A stretch of DNA of 58,559 bases, taken from positions 1 to 58,559 of the IMG/VR virus record IMGVR_UViG_3300030095_002502; one strand, given 5' to 3'. The notes under the pieces were generated by a model. It searched no databases, was not told where the DNA came from, and worked only from the letters and a program-made list of their open reading frames with translations. Shown here piece by piece: positions 29,007 to 38,100 of this stretch. The DNA is from a virus. Taxonomy: Duplodnaviria > Caudoviricetes. Each line of letters begins with the position of its first letter. Positions within the stretch are counted from its first letter, which is position 1. Made by a program: the position numbers and the translations under genes.

Positions 29007-29174
29007 TTAATCTAAGATATCTACTTGAACTTTCTTGATAAGGTATTGTCCGTCATCATTCTGGAACCAAACTATGTTGTCTCCGGAATCTAACTGCATA
29101 TCTTCCAGAATTACATCTGGGATATAGACTGACTTATATTCACTTATTCTTTTTATGCTACTTATTTGTTTCAT
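29007..29174 (-). CDS. AbrB/SpoVT-like DNA-binding protein (55 aa, not in ORF track)
   Basis: SVYIPDVILEDMQLDSGDNIVWFQNDDGQYLIKK swapped-hairpin pattern. Confidence 0.7.
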   Translation of the reverse strand: MKQISSIKRISEYKSVYIPDVILEDMQLDSGDNIVWFQNDDGQYLIKKVQVDILD

Positions 29175-29479
29175 TTCATCACCATTCTATCAATGCGGTA
29201 TGACCTAACGTGTTGTGGGTATTGACCGGCATACTGTTTAAGGTGATACCTGTTGTCTACGCCTATAGCGTATACCATACCTTGACTTGATACTCTGACA
29301 TCCTCTACTAGGATTTTTCTAACTGAGTCACTATCACTATCATGTTTCCATGTAGCAAAGTCAAACTCTGTTCTTACTTCAGGGTTATACCTAAAGCTTA
29401 CTTGCTTATGTTTACCTGTCCTCTGATAATACTCAGCGGCTTTGTAAACTTGGTCGAATATTTCTGTTCTTTTTGACAT
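29171..29479 (-). CDS. stand-alone WYL-like domain protein
   Basis: QVSFRY...VRKILV...VYAIGVD...VRSYRIDRM; start 29479 after GGA and a TATA box at 29517. Confidence 0.65.
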   Translation of the reverse strand: MSKRTEIFDQVYKAAEYYQRTGKHKQVSFRYNPEVRTEFDFATWKHDSDSDSVRKILVEDVRVSSQGMVYAIGVDNRYHLKQYAGQYPQHVRSYRIDRMVMK

Positions 29480-29609
29480 TTGTATTACTTCCTTGAATCT
29501 AACATTATCTACACAGTATATAAAGCTTTCGCCATCGTGTAGCATATAACTTGTAAAGTATAAACCTTAAACTGGTCTATACGTGAAATCTCTAATGGTA
29601 TTATATCCA

Positions 29610-29714
29610 TTAATTCTTATCCTTGTATGGAGAACATACTACGCATCTCTTGTTGCCTTCTATATCTACAAAGAAAGCTCTCCCAAAACATTTATTGCAT
29701 TCTATATATGTCAT
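29610..29714 (-). CDS. Zn-finger micro-protein (34 aa)
   Basis: MTYIECNKCFGRAFFVDIEGNKRCVVCSPYKDKN*. Confidence 0.5.
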   Translation of the reverse strand: MTYIECNKCFGRAFFVDIEGNKRCVVCSPYKDKN

Positions 29715-29716
29715 AA

Positions 29717-29971
29717 TTATTTAAACCACAAATAATATGCGATTACTCCTAAACATAATATGTTTCCTAATGTATATAAGGTTATCTCTGCCCATGATAT
29801 ATCTTTTTTCTTTACCTTACGTTTAACTGGTTTGGCTTGAACTATATAATGAGGAACTGAGTTCCAACATTCATCACATAGATAGGCTTTGAGGTGTGGT
29901 TCTTCACTCATATAATGGGTTCTACACTTATTGCAGTTATGCCATAAGGCTTTATAGTAAGTTGGCTGCAT
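29717..29971 (-). CDS. Zn-finger protein with C-terminal membrane anchor
   Basis: CNKC...CDEC and a hydrophobic tail. Confidence 0.6.
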   Translation of the reverse strand: MQPTYYKALWHNCNKCRTHYMSEEPHLKAYLCDECWNSVPHYIVQAKPVKRKVKKKDISWAEITLYTLGNILCLGVIAYYLWFK

Positions 29972-30554
29972 GTGCCACCTCTATGTAAGATTGATTAGCC
30001 CTAAGGATAGGACCACGTAATTCTTCAGGAATATAACTTAACCCCTCTACTCCTGTTTGTAAGTCTTCCATAAATAATTTAATGTATAAATTAAAATCGT
30101 TTGTTATGTAGTGGAATCCGTTAGCTACATCTTCATCATAATCTCTAACAAAGTTTATTATTTGGTATGCTCTACCTAAAGCTCTAGCGTGTATCTCTGC
30201 TCTTGGGTCACAACCTAGTATAGCAGCCATCATCATACCTACTGATTCAGCTGAACCTTTACAATACTCAAGCATAGAAGTCACAGTATGTTCTTTCTTA
30301 ACTAAGTCAGTATACATTGATAGGTGGAAGTCTGCTAACCATTCACCTTTGAACTGATACTTATCGCTTACTTCATAGAACTGCTCTATCACTTCTCTCC
30401 AATGTTTAAAATCTTTTAACTCAGCACCCTCTACCATCTCGTCACATACTCTAAGATATGCGTAGAGTTTGTATATATCTTCTTTTATATCTTTAGGCCA
30501 CTCAGACATAGCATCAAAAAACGTGGTGCTATATTTTTCCATTATCTCTTTCAT
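29952..30554 (-). CDS. phytoene/squalene synthase family protein (CrtB/HpnD-like)
   Basis: STTF, LYAYLRVCDEMVE, EYCKGSAESVG, ARALGRAYQIINFVRDYDED. Confidence 0.85.
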   Translation of the reverse strand: MKEIMEKYSTTFFDAMSEWPKDIKEDIYKLYAYLRVCDEMVEGAELKDFKHWREVIEQFYEVSDKYQFKGEWLADFHLSMYTDLVKKEHTVTSMLEYCKGSAESVGMMMAAILGCDPRAEIHARALGRAYQIINFVRDYDEDVANGFHYITNDFNLYIKLFMEDLQTGVEGLSYIPEELRGPILRANQSYIEVAHAANLL

Positions 30555-30712
30555 TCGCCTATACGCCCACCAAAATCTGCTACGTTAGATATCATCTTAC
30601 TACCACACTTAGGACAAGTCCATGTCCATGTAGAATTTTCACTACGTTCTATTTCTCTCTCTATGTCACAGTATGGACACATCTCTTGTTGTATTATTCT
30701 TTTCTGTTTCAT
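30551..30712 (-). CDS. Zn-ribbon micro-protein (53 aa)
   Basis: CPYC...WTCPKCG; ATGA overlaps at both ends. Confidence 0.6.
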   Translation of the reverse strand: MKQKRIIQQEMCPYCDIEREIERSENSTWTWTCPKCGSKMISNVADFGGRIGE

Positions 30713-30864
30713 TGTTTGCTCCTTTTTATCTTTACTTTCCTCACCGGCACTCTTGTTGGTGCTTCTTTATATGCTTGTTTGAAGTCTATAAACTGTCCAC
30801 CCTTCTCAGCGGATGGGGGTAGTGTATATCCCTCGTATGGTATCTTTGTTGCTCTCTTTTTCAT
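30709..30864 (-). CDS. hypothetical basic protein (51 aa)
   Basis: MKKRATKIPYEGYTLPPSAEKGG...; ATGA-coupled at both ends. Confidence 0.55.
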   Translation of the reverse strand: MKKRATKIPYEGYTLPPSAEKGGQFIDFKQAYKEAPTRVPVRKVKIKRSKQ

Positions 30865-31370
30865 ATTAACTTCTCATATAGTTGTTGTAGGTTCCATCTT
30901 AATGGTGCCTTGAGTCTCTCTACCTTTATGGCGTGTTCCTCAAACCATGCCCACTTAACTGATTTCTTATCATATGCCTTACTATATAAATATTTCGCTT
31001 GGCTAGGTGTTACTGCGTATACCTTTTTGTTTCTATATTCTTCACGTCTAATTAATATCACTGATAACCCACCTTTTCTCTCTAATTTAACTCCTTCATC
31101 TATCTGATGCTTAGCGATAGCCCTACCACTACCATAATAAAGAGGGAAAGAAGTAAGGTTCCTACTTGTTTTAGCCTCAACCATAATAGGTCTTCCTCTG
31201 TATACGCTAAAGAAGTCCGCTGGTTGTTTCTCTGCGACTGCCTGTTTAATAAATCTATTAACGTCATTAGTATCTTGTATCCTAAACCACCATATATGTT
31301 TAGATGATTTTAAGCTCCTACGTATCTCGCTTTCAAAGTTCTTTCCTGTGTCTCTCTTCTTCCTTCCCAT
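30861..31370 (-). CDS. Holliday junction resolvase (RecU-like PD-(D/E)XK)
   Basis: GKNFESEI...PADF...MVEAKT...HQ. Confidence 0.8.
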   Translation of the reverse strand: MGRKKRDTGKNFESEIRRSLKSSKHIWWFRIQDTNDVNRFIKQAVAEKQPADFFSVYRGRPIMVEAKTSRNLTSFPLYYGSGRAIAKHQIDEGVKLERKGGLSVILIRREEYRNKKVYAVTPSQAKYLYSKAYDKKSVKWAWFEEHAIKVERLKAPLRWNLQQLYEKLI

Positions 31371-31470
31371 ACAGCATCACTACGCTTTATATAGTAGAAC
31401 ACTGTCGTAATAGAGTAGTGCTCTATATAGTAATACTATAAGGAGATATATAAAGCTTGCTGTATAGAGC

Positions 31471-31590
31471 TTAGAGCCCTAATATATCTATAACTCCTAC
31501 AGAACATATGTCACAACATCCTGCGTATAAATCTGCTTCTGCCAATGATATGCGTTTACCACACATCCTACAATATCTATCTATCATCAT
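31471..31590 (-). CDS. Zn-finger micro-protein (39 aa)
   Basis: MMIDRYCRMCGKRISLAEADLYAGCCDICSVGVIDILGL*. Confidence 0.55.
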   Translation of the reverse strand: MMIDRYCRMCGKRISLAEADLYAGCCDICSVGVIDILGL

Positions 31591-32429
31591 CTCATTATCT
31601 CAGGTATTTGCTCAAAAGAACATTCTTCTGCTGTCTTATCTTCACGCCATGTCTTGAACTTAGGGTGACGTATGGAACCGGATGGATACCACCCATTACC
31701 TTTAGCTGTAAATACTTTACCGATATAGTCATCACCGTTAGCAGTATACTCTAAGCGTTCTGCGTCTGTCAAACCACTACAGGTAACATATACTTCTTTG
31801 TCATCGAGTGTGCCTATAACAGCACCCACTTGACCTTCGTAACGTGTGCCTTCATCTGCTGGTCTAAAACTATGACATATGTATTCTATCTCTATTACAT
31901 TCTTTAGTCTTGCCCATGCACCTTTATCACTGTATTTACTGTTACTATCTTTGAATACTAAACCCTCGTATTGTTTCTCAGTTACAAGGTTATCCCACAT
32001 AGTAGACCAATCTTGTGATGGAAAGGTTCCTAACATAGCTATGAAAGAACTTTCACACGACTGTCTTACTAACATAAGAAAAGCCTCAGCCATCTGTAAA
32101 CGTTCTGTCAGTGGCATATCTGTAATGTCTTCACCATTGTAGTTGATACAGTCAAACACATAGAAGTTACCATCTATGCCCATCTTGTGACCCCAATGAC
32201 TACCTTTCATATATTCACCTAAGAGTATACCTTCAATAGGTGAGTTTTCTTCGAGTGGTTTCTCGAACTTAACTTTACCTGTGCGTGAGTATATAGTTAG
32301 TTGGCCATCTTTGATAACCATACAACCCCATATACCATCCATCTTTACTTGAACTAAGTCATAATTCTCAGGCACACTGTCTGTCACCTGTTCATATGTT
32401 AGTTCTTTAAACTTTGGTCTATCTATCAT
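31587..32429 (-). CDS. lig: ATP-dependent DNA ligase
   Basis: KMDG, GEY, FYVFD, EGLVFK, RLK and RHPKFKTWREDK motifs. Confidence 0.93.
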   Translation of the reverse strand: MIDRPKFKELTYEQVTDSVPENYDLVQVKMDGIWGCMVIKDGQLTIYSRTGKVKFEKPLEENSPIEGILLGEYMKGSHWGHKMGIDGNFYVFDCINYNGEDITDMPLTERLQMAEAFLMLVRQSCESSFIAMLGTFPSQDWSTMWDNLVTEKQYEGLVFKDSNSKYSDKGAWARLKNVIEIEYICHSFRPADEGTRYEGQVGAVIGTLDDKEVYVTCSGLTDAERLEYTANGDDYIGKVFTAKGNGWYPSGSIRHPKFKTWREDKTAEECSFEQIPEIMR

Positions 32430-32607
32430 CTATCTTTCCTCTTATATATTCTCTTACCATCTTTATACTATCTCTCAAAGACTCGTTATCAGTAGTCTCA
32501 GCTACCTCAAAGTCTAAGTCAGAGATAAACATAGAACACACTCGTGGTGTCATATAGTCCATGAGTATCTTCATTATATGTATAGCCTCAGTCTTACTTG
32601 TTACCAT
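32419..32607 (-). CDS. hypothetical protein
   Basis: ORF track; GAGG upstream. Confidence 0.6.
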   Translation of the reverse strand: MVTSKTEAIHIMKILMDYMTPRVCSMFISDLDFEVAETTDNESLRDSIKMVREYIRGKIDDR

Positions 32608-32682
32608 AATTCCTCGGTCTAAGTATAATCTTTTTCTTACTACGCCCTAAGCGTTTATCTAACCATACTAATAGTTCTCTTA

Positions 32683-32856
32683 TCATTCTAATTCCTCCGG
32701 TTTCCATATACCTGCATCCACTATACTCTCAAGCCATCGGTCTTGATATCTCAGTGGCATTTGCATATGTATAATCTCAGCTATCGTAGAGATAGCGTAT
32801 GTCAATGCTTCTATTTCTTGTTTATAGTCTTGTTTTGATTTCATTTTTAACTCCAT
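32683..32856 (-). CDS. hypothetical protein
   Basis: ATG about 22 bp downstream of a TATA box (leaderless-type start). Confidence 0.55.
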   Translation of the reverse strand: MELKMKSKQDYKQEIEALTYAISTIAEIIHMQMPLRYQDRWLESIVDAGIWKPEELE

Positions 32857-32889
32857 TAATATCATATAATTTCAAATTATTTAAAGGTT

Positions 32890-33156
32890 TTGGTAGAGAG
32901 AGATATAACCCCAAACAAAACTGTTGTTGTTGGCGTATAACACCAAACCGTTATACTTATGGCTACTATGTAGCATTGCTTCTATGGTTCGGCCAACAGT
33001 ATAGTTATTTGACAATTTTATGGAAAGTCTTCACGTTAACTATACTCAGCGGCTTTGGGGCGTATGTATCAGGTCTCTACCAATATAGTGGGATAGAAGC
33101 AACGAGAGGTAAATGAGTCAAACAACGAATGTGTAAAAAATTTGTCACTTCTATCC
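32890..33156. ncRNA. candidate multibranch structured RNA
   Basis: Seven nested or adjacent inverted repeats of 5-10 bp in a gene-free gap; strand unresolved. Confidence 0.55.
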
Positions 33157-33168
33157 TATCACCTTAGG

Positions 33169-33288
33169 TTAAGTCCACCATACGAACATCCACATCCATA
33201 CTACAATGAATATGCCAAACAGTATATACCATTCAGCTTCTTGTATGGCTCGTGGATTATTCCATATGATTTTTAATCGGTCTATCAT
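33169..33288 (-). CDS. 39 aa Trp-rich membrane peptide
   Basis: MIDRLKIIWNNPRAIQEAEWYILFGIFIVVWMWMFVWWT*; TAATG-coupled to the VWA gene. Confidence 0.6.
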   Translation of the reverse strand: MIDRLKIIWNNPRAIQEAEWYILFGIFIVVWMWMFVWWT

Positions 33289-35435
33289 TATACTTTAATC
33301 ACCTTCCTTATTATCTTGCCTATCTTAGGGGCTAAGTCGTATAATTTATCTACAAAGATATGATTACTAAACATCTCTGCTTGAGCATATGTGTCAGCAC
33401 CTCGTATACCTACCTGTATGACACTCCATCCTTGTGACTCTAAATGCTTTACTACTTTCTTAACGTGGGCTCTACCATCCATACCACCGTAGCCATATGC
33501 GGCTGGTTGTCCGTCTGATATTACAATCATTAACTTGTTAGACATAGGCTGGTGGGATTCTTTCTTTACTCGTAAAGATGCGGCGTGTATAGCAGTGCCG
33601 TCTCTATTCTCGTATCGGGCCTGCATACTACCTAAAGCCATAGGTCTATCTTTCATAGTTGGTGACCAATACTCAGTTAGATTAGTAGATAGTTTATCGC
33701 TATGCCACTCGTCATGACCGTCAGCAGTATGACCATACACCCATAAGTTTAGCTTAGGGTTATCATGTAATGCTTCTTTGATTGCTATCGTTGACTGTCG
33801 AGCCATATCCATCTTATCGTAACCCATACTACCAGACTCATCTACTAATATACATACGTCTAAAGGTTTGTCATCTTGTTGTATGTCTACCTTGAATAAG
33901 TCTTGTCTACCTACAGGTATACGATGTAACATACGCTTATCTATCTTACCACGTTTTTGGTTGCGGATGATATGTGTCTGCGTGTTACCATATAAGTCTA
34001 TCTTTCTTTTAAGTTGTGTTGTTACTTTCTTCATAAGCTTAGACTCTTGCGTATATCGTTCTTTGTCACGAGCAGTAGGCATAGCACGTCTCCATGTTAC
34101 CTTCTTAGCGTTGTGGTATATGAGTGCAACATCTTTTAACTTCTCTTCTGAGAAATCACTATCTTCTAAATCTTTTAGCTTAGATGTAAACTGCTTGGAT
34201 AGAGGACTGTCTTGTGCGTCTGCACTCCAATCTACTATCTTAGTCAATCCATCTATATCTGAATGACTTAGTATTTTACTCAGTGCTTCGGCTCGTGCAT
34301 CTCTTTGTGTCATATCACGGGTAACTGCTTCTTCTATCTTATCCCAATCTCCCTCAGTTAGACCTTCGTCACCCATCTCTTCACGCATGGACTCCATCTT
34401 TTCATTTATCTTATCTTCTAATGAGTCATCATCTTTAGCCATAGCCTCTGCTACTTTACGTAAGTATTGGTAGATAACAGATATACAGTGGTATGTATCG
34501 TCTCTACTATCTAAACCTTTAGCTAACGCACGGGCAAAGAACTGTATATGCTTAGCGTGTTTCTTCTTACGCTCTGCACTTAAGTTGTTAGGCCAACGGA
34601 TAAATGCTAACAGTGTATTTAGTATATCAATGAATGGAGTATCGTCATCATCTTCTAATCTCCCTTCCATCTTTGTGTCAAAGTAATGTTTCTTAACTGC
34701 TTCTATGTATGTTACGAAACCTGCATTAGATTTACCTAATTGCTTTTCTATGTATTCGTCTTCTATAGAGTTTGCTATACTATGTAGTAACTTACCCTCC
34801 ATCTGTGAAAGGTCATTCTTATATCTATAATCCTTCTCCCACTGTATCAGTGGCTTGGAGTGTATAAGATGTAGCTTCTCGTGTATAGCCAGACCAGCAG
34901 TAATATCTAAGTTATCGTCACTATCTTTCAGCATAGTGCCGTCTATGTATATTCTGCCGAGTCTCATGTCTGAGTATGATGACCTACCACTCGAGTAGTC
35001 TAACACGTGTGATACAGTAGGGTCTACAACTTTACATAGAGAATCTAAATGTCTCTTATGCTTTAGCATACGTGCCGCATCCGACTGCGACTGAGATGAA
35101 CTACCACCCCAGCTACCCCACATACTTGATACAGTGCTACCGGTATGGGCAGTGTTACCACTATTCCACCAGCTACCACCACCCCATACGTAACTCTTAC
35201 CACGATTCCATATGTCACCGGTGTAAGAATTAATCTTAGGTGCGTCAGACGTAGCTACCTTAGCTGTCTCTGCTGAGTCCCACTTATCTGAGTAGTCGAG
35301 TTTACTCTCGCATATAGGGCAACAGTCATCTTGTGTTGCTTCTATCCACTTAGAACATTCATAACAGTAGTCGTCTTCTGCTATCTCTGCCCAACTATCT
35401 ACGTCAGTGAAGTGCTTGTCATGTTTAATAACCAT
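33288..35435 (-). CDS. VWA-domain protein with N-terminal HExxH region (CobT-like partner of a MoxR ATPase)
   Basis: MIDAS DESGSM and ISDGQP; HEKLH...NSIEDEYIE; N-terminal Cys pairs. Confidence 0.88.
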   Translation of the reverse strand: MVIKHDKHFTDVDSWAEIAEDDYCYECSKWIEATQDDCCPICESKLDYSDKWDSAETAKVATSDAPKINSYTGDIWNRGKSYVWGGGSWWNSGNTAHTGSTVSSMWGSWGGSSSQSQSDAARMLKHKRHLDSLCKVVDPTVSHVLDYSSGRSSYSDMRLGRIYIDGTMLKDSDDNLDITAGLAIHEKLHLIHSKPLIQWEKDYRYKNDLSQMEGKLLHSIANSIEDEYIEKQLGKSNAGFVTYIEAVKKHYFDTKMEGRLEDDDDTPFIDILNTLLAFIRWPNNLSAERKKKHAKHIQFFARALAKGLDSRDDTYHCISVIYQYLRKVAEAMAKDDDSLEDKINEKMESMREEMGDEGLTEGDWDKIEEAVTRDMTQRDARAEALSKILSHSDIDGLTKIVDWSADAQDSPLSKQFTSKLKDLEDSDFSEEKLKDVALIYHNAKKVTWRRAMPTARDKERYTQESKLMKKVTTQLKRKIDLYGNTQTHIIRNQKRGKIDKRMLHRIPVGRQDLFKVDIQQDDKPLDVCILVDESGSMGYDKMDMARQSTIAIKEALHDNPKLNLWVYGHTADGHDEWHSDKLSTNLTEYWSPTMKDRPMALGSMQARYENRDGTAIHAASLRVKKESHQPMSNKLMIVISDGQPAAYGYGGMDGRAHVKKVVKHLESQGWSVIQVGIRGADTYAQAEMFSNHIFVDKLYDLAPKIGKIIRKVIKV

Positions 35436-35797
35436 TCGTCTATATCCTCTGTTGGCTTCTTTGCCATATGTGTTAATTTATACTCGAAACACTTAAGAGT
35501 TCTCTTGGCTGAGCCTATACTACATTTGTAAACAAACATATCATCTTGCCCAACCATTCCTTCTACCATATTGTATGCAGTCTGCATATCTATAGTCTTA
35601 GGAAGGTTCTTCTCTAACATATTATCATTGATAAGTCTTCGTTTATATGCACCGACGTGTCTACCTGTTATATTAGTTAGGGGAAATATTATCTTTATAG
35701 CTTTAGCTACTTCAGTAGGAGACATACCGTGTTCTAATAGAACTTTAGCAGTGTCATGCCAATACATATGTTTCTTAGGTCTACTCTTCGTTGCCAT
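35399..35797 (-). CDS. putative helix-turn-helix protein
   Basis: LLEHGMSPTEVAKAI segment; between the AAA and VWA genes. Confidence 0.5.
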   Translation of the reverse strand: MATKSRPKKHMYWHDTAKVLLEHGMSPTEVAKAIKIIFPLTNITGRHVGAYKRRLINDNMLEKNLPKTIDMQTAYNMVEGMVGQDDMFVYKCSIGSAKRTLKCFEYKLTHMAKKPTEDIDEWLLNMTSTSLT

Positions 35798-36843
35798 TAT
35801 TCACCCATAGATTGTATAGCTTGTATTACTTTTACTCTATCAGTGTCATCACCGGCGGTGATAGGATAGAATGGTAATACTGTATGCTTGAGTGCATCTA
35901 ATAAACTCATACCATCTACTACTAACTCAGCTACAGACAAACACATACGTGTAGACACAGCTACGTTTAACTCTTCTGCTTTATATAAATCTCTGATTTT
36001 CTTAGCAAACTCTGTTATACGTCTTGCGTCTTCCTTGTCTACCTGTGGAACACGAACCATAAGTAGCTCTTGTTCTTTCTTCTGAGGTAGATAATCTAAC
36101 TCATATATACCACCGGTAAATCTATCTTTCCATGCACGGTCTAAATCATTAGCGGCTCCGAGATACTCACGACCAATGTTAGCAGTAGCAAAGAAAAATA
36201 CATTGTTGTTTAACTGAACTACGTCTGCGTCATCACTTTCGTCTAAGGCTAAGTATCTTTGACCATCTAATACAGGCATAAGGATATTACCTAAGTCACC
36301 TGTCCTATCTCTTGTGACCTCGTCAAGCATAATAAACGCACCACTACTATCTTGTAGAGCTGATACGAATCTGCTTGGCTTAAACCACGTTCCGTCTTCT
36401 TGGTTATACTTAGTGTCCCCGAGTAGCTTAGCTGCCGGATTCATAGTATCACCGAAGTTGAACTGATGGAATGGTTTGGAAGTTATATCTGCAAGTATCT
36501 TGCCTAAACTACTCTTACCACAACCAGATGGACCTGTTACTAATATATACTTATTCCTAAAAATATTCCTAAGCATAGTATAGAACGTCATCTTATCTGC
36601 AAACTTGAATTCCTCAGGGATATCCACACTTGCTTTTAGTTTGCCAATCACACTATCGTCAATGATAGGGGTCTCGACTATTTTCTCAGTAGAAGGGGCC
36701 GTTGCATCTTCTACGTCTCCGCCGAATAACGCATCTAACCCACCTGTGGTTTCTACGTCTTCTGACTCTGTTTTATATTCGTCTTCATACATTCGTTTGA
36801 TTCCTTTTTTTATAATCTTAATATCTGATAGGAACTTAGCCAT
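35797..36843 (-). CDS. MoxR/CbbQ/CobS-like AAA+ ATPase
   Basis: GPSGCGKS, IMLDEVTR, FATAN, LDRAWKDRF, STR. Confidence 0.9.
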   Translation of the reverse strand: MAKFLSDIKIIKKGIKRMYEDEYKTESEDVETTGGLDALFGGDVEDATAPSTEKIVETPIIDDSVIGKLKASVDIPEEFKFADKMTFYTMLRNIFRNKYILVTGPSGCGKSSLGKILADITSKPFHQFNFGDTMNPAAKLLGDTKYNQEDGTWFKPSRFVSALQDSSGAFIMLDEVTRDRTGDLGNILMPVLDGQRYLALDESDDADVVQLNNNVFFFATANIGREYLGAANDLDRAWKDRFTGGIYELDYLPQKKEQELLMVRVPQVDKEDARRITEFAKKIRDLYKAEELNVAVSTRMCLSVAELVVDGMSLLDALKHTVLPFYPITAGDDTDRVKVIQAIQSMGE

Positions 36844-37000
36844 TCCTTATCATATGTAGTATACTCATTACTATACTTCTTACCTCTTCGTCAGGTATAC
36901 GGTCATCTAAGTTATACGATAACTTCTTAGATATAGTATCATCTAACATTATCGCTAACTTGTATATCTCATCTTTCTTATACATTTCTATGTCTGTCAT
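36836..37000 (-). CDS. hypothetical protein (54 aa)
   Basis: MTDIEMYKKDEIYKLAIMLDD...; downstream of the TATA box at about 37053. Confidence 0.55.
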   Translation of the reverse strand: MTDIEMYKKDEIYKLAIMLDDTISKKLSYNLDDRIPDEEVRSIVMSILHMIRNG

Positions 37001-37121
37001 TTTCTCACTTTCTCAGTTGTTTGTGGGGCTGGAACTTAACATAGTTCTCAGCTTATTTAAAGGTTTGGGTAGGTGCTATACGCTTAGCTACTCCTACCCT
37101 TATGCCTTTGTCAGTTAATCT

Positions 37122-37229
37122 TTATACTTCTCCTGTTATCTCGTCATATACTCCGCAAGCGGGACAGTCATACTTACTCTTGAATACTGCTAAGTGTCTA
37201 TACGCTTGGCAATGTTTGCATCCTTCCAT
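37122..37229 (-). CDS. Zn-finger micro-protein (35 aa)
   Basis: CKHC...CPACG; TAATG-coupled. Confidence 0.55.
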   Translation of the reverse strand: MEGCKHCQAYRHLAVFKSKYDCPACGVYDEITGEV

Positions 37230-37588
37230 TAGTTTACTCTCCTACGTCTAATCATCTTACCATCTACTCTACTCTTGTCATAACCATACATACGCTTACC
37301 TGTGACACCACCCATACCTTCACCTTTTACTTCATACTTTTTAAAGATGTTTATTATACGACTGATGTCTTGTGTTTCCATACTTCTCATACCTTCAACC
37401 ATACGTGTAAAGGATGCAGTTATATTATGTCTGTAATCCTCTGTATCTGGCTTAGCTCCTATGACTATACGTCTGATGCTCTTGTATAGAGGGTCTTCCT
37501 CATCTCTTATATGCATGATAGGAGTAAGATGTTCACTCCTAAGCATAGATTTTAAATCCTCTATAGTTATCTTTGTATCCATCACCAA
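37229..37588 (-). CDS. hypothetical protein
   Basis: ORF track; start may be 37582. Confidence 0.65.
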   Translation of the reverse strand: MVMDTKITIEDLKSMLRSEHLTPIMHIRDEEDPLYKSIRRIVIGAKPDTEDYRHNITASFTRMVEGMRSMETQDISRIINIFKKYEVKGEGMGGVTGKRMYGYDKSRVDGKMIRRRRVN

Positions 37589-37683
37589 CCTCGCATATCA
37601 CATAAGCAGGTGTTGTTCTCTACTGCACAGTCGCAGTTGATACATACTTCTATACCAAACTCATCTATAGTTGTTGGTTCCAT
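37582..37683 (-). CDS. Cys-rich micro-protein (33 aa)
   Basis: MEPTTIDEFGIEVCINCDCAVENNTCLCDMRGW*. Confidence 0.5.
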   Translation of the reverse strand: MEPTTIDEFGIEVCINCDCAVENNTCLCDMRGW

Positions 37684-37691
37684 ATCTTTAT

Positions 37692-37928
37692 TCATAAGTC
37701 TACCCCACTCAATACCTGTTCACGTATAGCTTCTGACTCTAACTTATATTCTTCGAAGGAAGACTTGTAAGGTAGTGGTGCTACGTCAAAGTATAGTGCA
37801 GTCTTTGCATTCTTACGTAGTCGGTGACTTGTGTCTACTGTTCGTCTGTTGTTTTGTTTTATGCTTGCCATAACAGCTGCTATCTGCTCTGCTGACATAC
37901 TCTCTATCAATGTTGTTATATCTTTCAT
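37692..37928 (-). CDS. hypothetical protein
   Basis: ORF track; GGAG upstream and a TATA box at about 37978. Confidence 0.7.
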   Translation of the reverse strand: MKDITTLIESMSAEQIAAVMASIKQNNRRTVDTSHRLRKNAKTALYFDVAPLPYKSSFEEYKLESEAIREQVLSGVDL

Positions 37929-38100
37929 GTTTTGACTCCGGCTTTACCGTTTCCGGTATTTAAGAGAAGGTTTCAAAGTATTTAAAGGTGCCGGTCGTTT
38001 TTGGGTGTTAAACATATAAACTCGTGCTTAGTTGTTTCTACCCCATTTTCCGCTCATCATCCGCAGAAATCGGGGGAGCTTTAATATAGAACCCCCTTCC

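Noticed and set aside
33020-33055. RNase P RNA (GGAAAGTC ... CGGCTT)
   Set aside because: Putative P4 halves are only about 25 nt apart, with no room for the catalytic domain
32799-33116. 105 aa + strand ORF from the track
   Set aside because: Non-ATG start, overlaps a - strand gene and promoter; the inverted repeats explain the region better
33172-33257. Further hairpin domain extending the 32.9 kb structured element
   Set aside because: Better explained by the coupled 39 aa membrane ORF on the - strand
33288-36843. Cobalamin biosynthesis (cobS/cobT) supporting the B12-dependent RNR
   Set aside because: No CobN or other cob genes in the window; phage MoxR/VWA pairs are generic
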